Origin: an uncultured delta proteobacterium
GTDB lineage: Bacteria; Desulfobacterota; Desulfobulbia; Desulfobulbales; Desulfocapsaceae
Length of the DNA stretch: 64,000 nucleotides
Direction: 5' to 3'
Assembly: GCA_963759125.1 (NCBI GenBank)
Contig: CAVWXN010000008.1
Coordinates: forward strand, 156,556-220,555
Positions within the stretch are counted from its first letter, which is position 1. Each line of letters opens with the position of its first letter. Shown here piece by piece: positions 8,619-17,015 of this stretch. The notes under the pieces are model-generated. The model worked only from the letters and a program-made list of their open reading frames with translations. It was not told where the DNA came from and did not search any database. Position numbers and translations under genes: made by a program.

Positions 8619-10172
8619 TCACAGGGGGATATTTCCGTGTTTGCGGTCGGGACGACTCGGCTTCTTACTCTCCAGAACCTGCAGGGTACGGATCAGTCTG
8701 TGTCTGGTCGTGTGCGGAAAGATGACATCGTCGATATACCCCCTCTTGGCGGCAAGAAACGGATTCATGAAACGGTTACGATAGGCTTCCATTTTCTCAT
8801 TGAGCAGGGCATCGGGGTCATCTGACTGGTCTATGTCTCGGCGATAGATAACCTCGCTTGCCCCGCGTGCGCCCATGACCGCAATCTCAGCGGTCGGCCA
8901 GGCGTAGTTGATGTCACAATGAATATGTTTGGAATTCATCACCACGTAAGCTCCGCCATAGGCCTTGCGCACGATGACGGTGATGCGTGGTACCGTAGCC
9001 TCGGAAAAGGCATAGAGCAGCTTTGCCCCGTGGCGGATGATACCGCCATGCTCCTGCTCTGGCCCAGGCATAAATCCAGGCACGTCAACCAGGCAGACGA
9101 GAGGAATATTGAAAGCGTCGCAGAATCGGACGAAACGGGCTGCTTTGAAGGAGGCGTTGTTGTCGAGAGCTCCGGCCAGCACCGCTGGCTGATTCGCTAC
9201 AAGACCTATGGTCTGGCCCCCGAGACGACCGAAACCGCAGATGATATTGTTGGCGAACAATGCTCCGATCTCAAGAAACTCGGCCCCGTCAAGAATCGAA
9301 TAGATCAGCACGTTCATGTCGTAACTCTGGTTGGGATTGGGTGGCACCAGGTAATCCAGCGTCGGGTCTGTGCGTTCAGGCGGATCGTTGAGATCGAGTA
9401 GCGGTGCCTTTTGTTTGCTGTTCGATGGCAGGTAGTTGATGAGCTGTCGCACGCCGCGCAGGCAAAGGATATCGTTTGGATAGATACACTGGGCCACACC
9501 GCTCTCGGTGGCGTGGACCTCAGCGCCTCCCAGTTCCTCGGAGCTGATATCCTTGTGAATGACCGTCTTGACCACATTGGGTCCGGTTACGAACATATGC
9601 GAAGTCTGTTCGACCATAAAAACAAAGTCGGTCATCGACGGACTGTAGACTGCTCCGCCGGCGCATGGCCCCATGATGCAGGAAATCTGAGGGATTACCC
9701 CGCTGGCGAATACATTTCTATGAAAAATCTCGCCGTAAGCCGCAAGCGCGTCGACGCCCTCCTGGATCCTCGCCCCTCCGGAATCATTGATGCCGATAAT
9801 GGGGGACCCCACCTGCAAGGCAAGATCCATAACTTTGCAAATCTTTTGGGAATGGCCCTCACCCAGGGAGCCGCCAACCACCGTGAAGTCCTGACTGAAG
9901 ACAAAAACCTCACGGCCATTGATGGTCCCGTGACCAGTAATAACTCCGTCGCCAGGGTGGCTCTTGTCTCCGCCAACCATTTCTCCCCGACCTACCTTTA
10001 GACTGTCGATTTCCTCGAATGACCCTTCATCGAGAAGCAGCTGCAGTCTCTCACGGGCGGTGAGCTTGCCGCGCTGGTGCTGCAGTTCGATGCGCTGCTC
10101 GCCACCGCCTGAAAATGCATGTTTTCTGAGCTCGTAAAGTTCGAGAATATTGCTGTGCTTGATATCTACCAT
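8619..10172 (-). CDS. acyl-CoA carboxylase beta subunit / carboxyltransferase (propionyl-CoA carboxylase beta or methylmalonyl-CoA carboxyltransferase 12S type)
   Basis: 517 aa. Sequence ...[31 protein letters not shown]...[14 protein letters not shown]...[13 protein letters not shown] is the classic carboxyl-transferase domain. The gene sits 8 nt upstream of the alpha subunit and has a strong GAGGAGG RBS. Confidence 0.92.
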   Translation of the reverse strand: MVDIKHSNILELYELRKHAFSGGGEQRIELQHQRGKLTARERLQLLLDEGSFEEIDSLKVGRGEMVGGDKSHPGDGVITGHGTINGREVFVFSQDFTVVGGSLGEGHSQKICKVMDLALQVGSPIIGINDSGGARIQEGVDALAAYGEIFHRNVFASGVIPQISCIMGPCAGGAVYSPSMTDFVFMVEQTSHMFVTGPNVVKTVIHKDISSEELGGAEVHATESGVAQCIYPNDILCLRGVRQLINYLPSNSKQKAPLLDLNDPPERTDPTLDYLVPPNPNQSYDMNVLIYSILDGAEFLEIGALFANNIICGFGRLGGQTIGLVANQPAVLAGALDNNASFKAARFVRFCDAFNIPLVCLVDVPGFMPGPEQEHGGIIRHGAKLLYAFSEATVPRITVIVRKAYGGAYVVMNSKHIHCDINYAWPTAEIAVMGARGASEVIYRRDIDQSDDPDALLNEKMEAYRNRFMNPFLAAKRGYIDDVIFPHTTRHRLIRTLQVLESKKPSRPDRKHGNIPL

Positions 10173-10623
10173 AGCACCCCCTCCTCGATGGAATGCGGTT
10201 CTTTCCGGATTGTTGAGAAACGACCTGTAGAGCGTTGCGCATTAATGCTGGTTGGCCGGGCGGCCAGTCCCAGTCGATTCCCCAGATAGCAATCTTATAA
10301 CTCAAAAATGGTCGGGAGGGAAGATGGTAGGTCTACCTTACTGTGACAAGCTTACCGCTTCGTTGCTCTGACCGGCCCCTGGATACGAGGCCATAGAAAA
10401 TGCCGCCAGGTTTGCTTAGGGTGGAATTTTTCAGGTAGTCAGATTAGATCAGCAGAAAAGTGCCTTTTCTGTAAATTGACCTCATACCTGTTAACCTCTC
10501 GTGAACCCGAGACTCGCTCTACCGAAAATAAACAGGAATAACTCAATGCCAACTTAATAATAAAAACATCAACATCCTTTCGGAGCGAATCTGAAACGTT
10601 AAGGATTAAAGGGGTTCGATTAT

Positions 10624-11259
10624 TTAATAAATCGTGATTGCCTGAGCCATAGTTATTTCATTTGTACCACAAACTTCAGTGTGTAAATAAATCTGTCCCC
10701 TTTGATCTTCCGTTTTCATCCCGACAGGGTTCATACCTTTTATAAAAACGCCAAGAAAATTTGCAATGGTATTGTTCTCGTAAATTACGTCTTCAACCTC
10801 AGTTTCATAGTCGCGTGCAATCTGCTCCGTTATGGCCGCTTTGACAGTTGCAAGAGTCGCGGTACAACTCCCAGAAACATTTTTACATCTATAAATAAAA
10901 TGGTTGTGCCTCTCTTCTTCCGAAAGACCAGGATCATCTCGATTCAAGTGAACGTCTACGATATGGGCCTCGACAAGCTCACCTTCACCTATTTTAAAAT
11001 TATAGACTCCAAATTTAGCATCACCTCGAAATTGGGTTCCTTCATTCAGCTCTACCGGATTCCAGATAGCCACAAGTGGAACTTCAAATCCATCCATATC
11101 GTCGACAGATTTATATGGTGGGGAAATGATCCCGTCCAGATAGCATTCACCAGGAATAATTTCCCATAATTCTGAGTGGTCAGGATTATCTGCCTGAATA
11201 ATTACTACCAGCCCGAAATAGAGTCCAGCCGCGCATAGTGCCGATACCAATTTCTTCAT
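10624..11259 (-). CDS. secreted protein of unknown function (intact paralog of 3540-4170), c-di-GMP-riboswitch controlled
   Basis: The likely start is ATG at 11259 (RBS GGAGGAG), inside track ORF 10624-11313. Signal peptide is MKKLVSALCAAGLYFGLVVIIQA. The N-domain is IIPGECYLDGIISPPYKSVDDMDGFEVPLVAIWNPVELNEG...FKIGEGELVEAHIVDVHL. The C-domain contains Cys pairs (CKNVSGSC, EVCG). Confidence 0.8.
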   Translation of the reverse strand: MKKLVSALCAAGLYFGLVVIIQADNPDHSELWEIIPGECYLDGIISPPYKSVDDMDGFEVPLVAIWNPVELNEGTQFRGDAKFGVYNFKIGEGELVEAHIVDVHLNRDDPGLSEEERHNHFIYRCKNVSGSCTATLATVKAAITEQIARDYETEVEDVIYENNTIANFLGVFIKGMNPVGMKTEDQRGQIYLHTEVCGTNEITMAQAITIY

Positions 11260-11333
11260 AATAACTCCTCCCATTTTGGGTTGATAGGCCAGAAAATTTA
11301 TTCTGCCCATCAAACACCTGAGCGTTTTAAATT

Positions 11334-11375
11334 ATGAAGAAGAAACGCCCATCTTCTTAGCCGAAGGTGGGCGTT
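11334..11375 (-). terminator. intrinsic terminator (expression platform of riboswitch copy 3; interrupted U-tract)
   Basis: Minus-strand hairpin ACGCCCACCUUC-GGCU-AAGAAGAUGGGCGU is followed by UUCUUCUUC, a weaker U-run than in copies 1 and 2. It lies 84 nt upstream of the ATG at 11259. Confidence 0.65.
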
Positions 11376-11398
11376 GCACTATAGACGGCAAAACCCCT

Positions 11399-11475
11399 CT
11401 TTTCGGCAGCCCGGCTGCCAGCTAGTGCTGGCCCGTGGCTTTACGTCCCTAGGTCGCCCCAGGTTTGCCTTTTCG
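11399..11475 (-). promoter_or_regulatory. c-di-GMP-I (GEMM-I) riboswitch aptamer, copy 3 (variant core)
   Basis: Minus-strand RNA is CGAAAAGGCAAACCUGGGGCGACCUAGGGACGUAAAGCCACGGGCCAGCACUAGCUGGCAGCCGGGCUGCCGAAAAG. The architecture is the same as in the other copies. The core shows two substitutions relative to copies 1 and 2: AGGGCAAAC becomes AAGGCAAAC, and ACGCAAAG becomes ACGUAAAG. Confidence 0.85.
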
Positions 11476-11497
11476 TAGAAGTTGTTCAGTTAACTAC

Positions 11498-11527
11498 AGT
11501 TTATTTTAAAAAAGACATATTTGTCAA
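11498..11527 (-). promoter_or_regulatory. sigma-70-type promoter of riboswitch cassette 3 (TTGACA-N18-TAAACT)
   Basis: Reverse complement gives TTGACA (11527-11522), an 18-nt spacer and TAAACT (11503-11498). Confidence 0.6.
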
Positions 11528-12159
11528 AAAATCGTCGCAATGTTAATGAATTATTCCTGTAATCCTGAGACAAGATTATATCAGCGGCTCTGCAAATTAA
11601 TTTATTTTTGATCGCTGATCTTCAGAAATCGATAATTTCATGATCAATCAAGACCGCTTATTTCATTCAATAATTAATACAGCCGGGCTGCCTCAAATTT
11701 GCAAGTTAACCGAAACATAAACTTGCCCTATATGGGTCTATAAGTCATTTTAGCATGGCCACGCGTCAAGGGATATTGTACGAAAGTACAATAAGTTAAA
11801 AAAATTATTCTTCATTATCTCCAATTTCGGTGCCGAAGGTGCCGAAATTGAAATTATGAAAAGTTTCTCTTGGGCAACAAAGGTTTCTCTTGGCAGCTCC
11901 AGACAAACACTGGGAACAGAACTCAAATAGAATCAGGAGACATATTAACCTGCAAAACTTCACCCATTATTAAAATTTTCAATGCACATCCAAAATCTCT
12001 TTCAGGCAAGTAATCTTCTAAGCCAAAATAGTAGAAAAACAGGAAACAGTTTCGGTTAGGTTATTGGCAAGAAAGAATAATCGTTAGTGCGGCACTATTA
12101 AGGTGGGGGCTAAACGGTGATGTCTGCAGGCACCCGGCGTAACCCAAACGTTAACACAT

Positions 12160-12741
12160 TTATTTTAATGGTTTTGTTATTCTTGATACCCAGAAACCGT
12201 AGGTCACAAAGCTTAATGATACAATTTGTTGAACAGCTAACAGTGGCTTATCCTGGACAAGCATAAGAGTTGCCATACTCCCGTTCATTAGCATGAAAAA
12301 CAACCAGCCCGTTCTATTGTTTTTGGCCAGTAGATAACTCCCCAATAAAAAACCTACCATAACTCCCATTTCTAAAAGCTGCGAAAAAGATGTGACCCCA
12401 CCATAATCAAATAGGCTGTAACCAACACCTAATGCTAAAGAACCGTAGGCGAAAAAAGAAGCAACTCTGTTAAATATTCTGGGTGGCGAGCTAGAGTTTT
12501 GATATGCCATATAAAGACCTAAAAACATGGATGGAACGCCGCCAGCTTCTATCGAAGCAGCGATCCAATTTTGCTCGCCTAGCAGTATTATCACCCAGGC
12601 TGGCACTCCTAAAATGTAAATTGCCCAACCATTAAGTTTTAATTTTCGTTTGAATTTTTGTTTTTTTCCCTCTGCAAGAGCAAACAATATTTTATTGATA
12701 AGGTAAAAACTACCTCCCCATATTTGTAATGCTACATCCAT
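12160..12741 (-). CDS. small polytopic membrane protein, possibly PnuC-like (nicotinamide-riboside-transporter fold) - tentative
   Basis: 193 aa with about 6-7 TM helices. An internal repeat with the pattern N..L......(K/N)...GW (INKILFALAEGKKQKFKRKLKLNGWAIYILG and GSYLLAKNNRTGWLFFMLMNG) is reminiscent of PnuC. The assignment rests on pattern recall only. Confidence 0.4.
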   Translation of the reverse strand: MDVALQIWGGSFYLINKILFALAEGKKQKFKRKLKLNGWAIYILGVPAWVIILLGEQNWIAASIEAGGVPSMFLGLYMAYQNSSSPPRIFNRVASFFAYGSLALGVGYSLFDYGGVTSFSQLLEMGVMVGFLLGSYLLAKNNRTGWLFFMLMNGSMATLMLVQDKPLLAVQQIVSLSFVTYGFWVSRITKPLK

Positions 12742-12836
12742 AGAGATCTTAATTTGGTGCTAAAGCTAGGATAATCTGCGAGGTTATGCGAGTGCCAAAT
12801 CGCTGAGTGAACGGGATTAAGCGCCGGGTTGTAAAA

Positions 12837-13631
12837 CTAAATTTTCAAAATACCTTCAATTGTTATTATGGCTTTTCCGGACAATAGTACACGATTGCTA
12901 TCCATTATTTTCATGTTCACAACTCCACCTCGTTCAGAAGCTTGAAATGCTGTCATAATAGACTTTTGAAGTATACCACTCCAGTAGTCTGCTAACGCAC
13001 AGTGGGTTGATCCTGTAACAGGATCCTCATGCACACCGATCCACGGAGCAAAGTTGCGGGAGATAAAATCGAACTCAGAGTGAGAAGATTCAGAAGTGAC
13101 AATGACTGAACGACCTGGAATACTCAGTAGTCCCTGGAAATCAGGTGATATTTCCCTAATCAGTCGCTCATTTTGCAGATGGAGAAAATCTTTTTCTCCA
13201 GCCTTTCCAGCAAAAATCACATCTTTCTCATCGATGCCAAGGTGCTGCAGCTTTATCATGTTTTTTGCTGCGGTCTTAACCTTTATCGCAGGAAAATCCA
13301 TTTCAACAAAATCATCTACTGCCTTAGCTGACAGCGAACCTGACAGAGTGTTGAACCGAATGGTTTGATTCTCTTTGATAAATTTCTTGTAGTAGAGCAC
13401 AGCCGTTGCAGCGAGGGTTGCATGGCCGCACAAGGCAACCTCAACCTTTGGTGAAAACCACCTGAGCCTCATCGTATCTAGTGAGCAGAATGCGGTTTCG
13501 GATACTCCCATTTCCATGGCAATATTCTGCATAGTTGTCTCATCAATCTCGTTTTCAAGAATACAAACCCCAGCTGGGTTTCCGGTGAATGGCTTATCCG
13601 TAAACGAATCTACTTGAAAGATATCGATCAT
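12837..13631 (-). CDS. PhzF-family isomerase
   Basis: 264 aa. The N-terminus MIDIFQVDSFTDKPFTGNPAGVCIL and the motifs ...CGHATLA...DPVTGSTHC... are typical of the PhzF/YddE family. Confidence 0.9.
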   Translation of the reverse strand: MIDIFQVDSFTDKPFTGNPAGVCILENEIDETTMQNIAMEMGVSETAFCSLDTMRLRWFSPKVEVALCGHATLAATAVLYYKKFIKENQTIRFNTLSGSLSAKAVDDFVEMDFPAIKVKTAAKNMIKLQHLGIDEKDVIFAGKAGEKDFLHLQNERLIREISPDFQGLLSIPGRSVIVTSESSHSEFDFISRNFAPWIGVHEDPVTGSTHCALADYWSGILQKSIMTAFQASERGGVVNMKIMDSNRVLLSGKAIITIEGILKI

Positions 13632-13807
13632 ATTTTGACTGCAGGATAAGGATTAATGGACGGCACCACATCTTCGAACAGCTGCCTTGAGGGTACCAGT
13701 ATTATCTCGGCAATTTCCGGAAATCCTTTATAGAAGGTTTCCCATGCAGATCTACTCTATGAATCCACAGAGTGCTTCGCTTTGTGGTTGCGAAAGTCTC
13801 AGCGCCT

Positions 13808-14014
13808 TTATAGAGTCTGCGCAAGCCGGTAGAGTAAGGTGATAGTCAGGTTGCGTTCGAGCTTTTCCTTATGAACAGTCATCGATTCGGACTGCAGCAC
13901 CTGGACGATTTCGATTTCTGGGTTTTCCTCCAACCATTGATTGAGCTGTAGTTCTCCCGGCGGGTTGATGTTGCTGGTACAATAGCTGAAGATTTTTGCT
14001 TTCAATGGTTCCAT
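13808..14014 (-). CDS. small hypothetical protein (Cse60-like layout, tentative)
   Basis: 68 aa with a strong AGGAGG RBS 6 nt upstream. The pattern KAKIFSY...LQLNQWLEENPEIEIVQVLQSES......LTITLLYR resembles the small Cse60-type family. The functional call is low confidence. Confidence 0.5.
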   Translation of the reverse strand: MEPLKAKIFSYCTSNINPPGELQLNQWLEENPEIEIVQVLQSESMTVHKEKLERNLTITLLYRLAQTL

Positions 14015-14226
14015 GATAACCTCCTGGCAAATTTCTGAATAATTCAGCGATGTGCTTCAGTCATCTCCACAGCAATTACTCGCCAGCCGGACTCAAACCA
14101 AGTCGCCAACCTCCCCTTCTTATCAGTCGATCCTGCCGATGGAGCGGTTGGTCATAGCGGCGGTAATAAAATTGATCAGCAGACAAAAGCCAATATCAGC
14201 CTGCGAGTTATCACAACTGCTATTGA

Positions 14227-15285
14227 TTATTTCTTCTCCTTTTCCAGCAGCAGTTTCTTGCGCTTCTTTCCCCAGCGGTAGCCACTGATCTTGTTATCTT
14301 TGGTCAAGACCCGGTGACAGGGAATCAAAACCGCTATCTTGTTTGCCGCACAGGCACCAGCAACGGCCCGCACTGCGGTGGGTTGTCCGATCTGCGCGGC
14401 GATCGCGCTGTAAGTCGACGTGTTCCCAGGTTCAATTCCGCGAAGCGCTTTCCAGACCTTCTGCTGAAAAACCGTACCCTGAATATCGAGCGGAAGGACC
14501 GCCTGTCCTTGAGGGTTTTCAATCTGGATTATAACTTTTTTAACCAGGGCCTGAAAGTCTTTGTCCCCACTTCTGGTGTTGGCATATGGAAATCGCTCGG
14601 TCAGTTTGTCAACCAACTGCTCGGGACTGTCACCAAGTTCAACCATACAAACCCCCCTGTGGGTGGCAGCAACCAGTACTTGCCCCAGGAAGCAGGAAGC
14701 CATGCCGTACATGATTTCAACCCCTTCAGCACCATTTTTAAATGCTTTCATGCTCATGGCAAATTGATCTTGATCTTTATTATAGGCGCCGCTCAAGGAC
14801 TCGAAACCGGCAGCATAGATAGCCTCGCCTATCATTGAACCCTGAGCGAGAGCCTCACGCAACCGATCGGCCCGATGCTTGGCGTAATAGTTTCGCGGCG
14901 TAATGCCCACTTTTTTTTTAAACAATCGGTGGAAGTGATGGGGGCTCATACCCGCCTCGGCGGCAAGTTCGGCCAAGGTGGGTGGACGGGTGCTATGTTC
15001 CAGCCGCCTGCAGGCTGCGACAATTAATGGTTGTCCCTTTTCATCATCGCCATTCCCATCGGGCCTGCATCTTTTACATGGTCGGTAGCCCTGTGCCTCA
15101 GCCTGTTCCCGGGTATTGAAAAACTCAACGTTCATCCGGTTGGGTTTTCTCGATCCGCAATTGGGTCGACAATAGACTCCCGTGGTAATCACTCCGTAAA
15201 AAAAATCTCCGTCAGATGATTTGTCGCGATTGACCAGGGCTTTCCATTTCAATTCGTTGGTATCAGATGCGTGCTGTTCGCTCAC
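14227..15285 (-). CDS. ada: bifunctional Ada: methylphosphotriester-DNA methyltransferase/AraC-type regulator fused to O6-methylguanine-DNA methyltransferase
   Basis: GTG start at 15285 with RBS GAGGTGG. The N-Ada zinc motif is FFYGVITTGVYCRPNCGSR...YRPCKRCRP. An AraC HTH is present (LAELAAEAGMSPHHFHRLFKKKVGITPRNY). The C-terminal MGMT active site is IPCHRV. Confidence 0.92.
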   Translation of the reverse strand: MSEQHASDTNELKWKALVNRDKSSDGDFFYGVITTGVYCRPNCGSRKPNRMNVEFFNTREQAEAQGYRPCKRCRPDGNGDDEKGQPLIVAACRRLEHSTRPPTLAELAAEAGMSPHHFHRLFKKKVGITPRNYYAKHRADRLREALAQGSMIGEAIYAAGFESLSGAYNKDQDQFAMSMKAFKNGAEGVEIMYGMASCFLGQVLVAATHRGVCMVELGDSPEQLVDKLTERFPYANTRSGDKDFQALVKKVIIQIENPQGQAVLPLDIQGTVFQQKVWKALRGIEPGNTSTYSAIAAQIGQPTAVRAVAGACAANKIAVLIPCHRVLTKDNKISGYRWGKKRKKLLLEKEKK

Positions 15286-15567
15286 TTTACCACCTCTGGC
15301 TGAACGATTAATCTCATCGGGAGAAGCGTGTTTGACCGAAATCTCTTTTGCTGATCCAAACTCTGGCTACAATATAAAACCGATGGGATGTCCGCACACT
15401 TCGATTCTTGCTTTTTAATTCGAAATAGTTGTCTCACCCTCTCAAGTCAGGCAATTCTACACCTGAACCTGAAAGGTTTAAAAGATCGGGGCCACACGTT
15501 TTATGAAATAAAAGGTGGGCCTGCCATTATCCAGCAGGAGATGATAATGAAGGCGGGTAAAGATGTA

Positions 15568-15870
15568 TCAGATAAAAAACTCAATCTGCAGCGTCTCGGT
15601 TGACGCATCCGGGGTGAGCCGATAGGTGCCGCTGGGCATAATTTCTATCTCGATGTCCCGGCCGATCGAGATGAATTGATCGGCAATAGCTTTTCGTTTG
15701 TCCTCTTCCGAATTTCCATTTGATGCCCCGAGGGTTCTGATCGAAGCAACACATTCCCAGCCATAATAGGTGTTGGACATCAGCCCCTCTTCTTCATCGG
15801 TGACTCGGATAAACCCATCGCCTAAAAACGGCACCGCCTGATCATAGATTTTTCCTTCATTAAACTGCAA
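15568..15870 (-). CDS. hypothetical protein
   Basis: 100 aa with a TTG start and an AAGGAG RBS 6 nt upstream. I recognise no family. It lies immediately downstream of the HTH-like ORF. Confidence 0.5.
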   Translation of the reverse strand: MQFNEGKIYDQAVPFLGDGFIRVTDEEEGLMSNTYYGWECVASIRTLGASNGNSEEDKRKAIADQFISIGRDIEIEIMPSGTYRLTPDASTETLQIEFFI

Positions 15871-15896
15871 CCTAACTCCTTTACGAAGCTTTCTCG

Positions 15897-16127
15897 TCAG
15901 CGTTCCATGGAGCGGCTGATTCTGCCGATATGTTTGTCGTTAAGCCCGGGGTAGAGTGTGGCACAAATGGAGACCGCAATGTTGTCGCACTCCAGAGCCG
16001 GCACCCCGTTTTTCTGTTCACGTATCAACAGTGCAGCTGCATCGCCTATTTTGAGTGTCTTCTGTCCGGGGCGTATCCAGGCATAGAGTTTCTCAAGTAT
16101 CTCTTCCTTGACACCGTTGACTATCAT
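15897..16127 (-). CDS. hypothetical protein with probable XRE-like HTH at or just upstream of the annotated N-terminus (start uncertain, may be a remnant)
   Basis: The reading frame stays open upstream of the ATG at 16127 and reads ...LKTLGIVTEKFAAQLAGVGVSYVKMIVNGVKEEILEKL, a helix-turn-helix-like segment. No convincing start or RBS is seen for the longer form. Confidence 0.35.
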   Translation of the reverse strand: MIVNGVKEEILEKLYAWIRPGQKTLKIGDAAALLIREQKNGVPALECDNIAVSICATLYPGLNDKHIGRISRSMER

Positions 16128-16424
16128 CTTGACATAACTGACCCCGACACCTGCCAGCTGGGCTGCAAACTTTTCAGTAACGATGCCAAGTGTTTTAAGT
16201 CCCAGGATGACCGGTTAGCGAAATCACATTCATGGGTAGATGTCGGGGTTGAATTTACCCAGCCTAGAAAGATTTATGATCATCATCTGTTCGATCAAAG
16301 CACAAGTTCAAACTACGATTCCGGATCATCGCGGTCCTTTCGATCCAGCAGCTCGCCGAGTATTTTCTCCAACAATCGCAGTCCCCCCATGTAGCTAAAG
16401 GTCGGAAAATGCTGATGCCCCTGA

Positions 16425-16688
16425 CGATCAAGGAGTGGCCCCCCCCCCCGCGCACAAACGGCAGATCCTCATCCCGGGGGCAATGTACTTGCAGTAAGTG
16501 TTGCCTATCAGCAGAATACCCCGGCCCGACGAATTAATGAATTACGCTCCGGAGAATCTCTGGAAGCTCTGCAGCGTCGTGAAATAGAGGCCTCACTAAA
16601 ACGAAACGGCTGGGTACAGATCAGAGCCGCCCGCGAACTGGGTCTCACCCAGCGCCAAATTGGCTACCGTATCAAAAATATGGATTAA
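16425..16688 (+). pseudogene. orphan C-terminal fragment of a sigma-54-dependent (NtrC-family) activator: Fis-type HTH only
   Basis: The frame is open from the stop at 16422-16424 to the TAA at 16686-16688 and has no start codon. It ends in ...ESLEALQRREIEASLKRNGWVQIRAARELGLTQRQIGYRIKNMD*, the typical HTH_8/Fis C-terminus of bacterial enhancer-binding proteins. No AAA+ domain lies upstream. Confidence 0.55.
16439..16449. repeat. homopolymeric C11/G11 tract
   Basis: Direct reading gives ...GAGTGG CCCCCCCCCCC GCGCAC.... The tract lies at the 5' end of the activator remnant. Confidence 0.95.
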
Positions 16689-16919
16689 ACAGATACGAAT
16701 CCTTTCGTTGAGCAATCACCCCTCTTTCCGTCACACCAAAATCTGATAGTGGTGCATAGACTGGAGTCACCTCAATGCAATTTATAATACATTTATGTAA
16801 TATTATATCTCCAACTATTACAATATGGTTGTTTTTGTCGAAGGCATGTTTGTTCATCCCTGCATAAAATAAGTTACTAAACAACTGTTATAAATATAAT
16901 TATCTATATTTTTTGATTA

Positions 16920-16934
16920 TGGCACAGCAATTGT
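16920..16934 (+). promoter_or_regulatory. candidate sigma-54 (-24/-12) promoter for amtB-glnK
   Basis: TGGCAC-AGCAA-TTGT compares with the consensus TGGCAC-N5-TTGC (one mismatch in the -12 element). It lies about 82 nt upstream of the amtB GTG. Nitrogen-regulated amtB-glnK operons are commonly sigma-54/NtrC dependent. Confidence 0.45.
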
Positions 16935-17015
16935 ACTAAGAGATTCAACACCTGTTTTTAACTATTCGTTTTTAAGCAAGACTTCAAGACGATTAACAAC
17001 AAAGGAGGAACAAAC

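Noticed and set aside
12742-12836. Possible TPP or NAD+-II (pnuC-motif) riboswitch upstream of the PnuC-like membrane protein. CUGAGUGAA occurs on the plus strand and ACAACCC on the minus strand.
   Set aside because: The CUGAG-like piece is on the wrong strand for the gene. The minus-strand ACAACCC lies about 90 nt from the ATG, overlaps the phzF stop region, and has no pseudoknot with the SD. No coherent match to either consensus exists.
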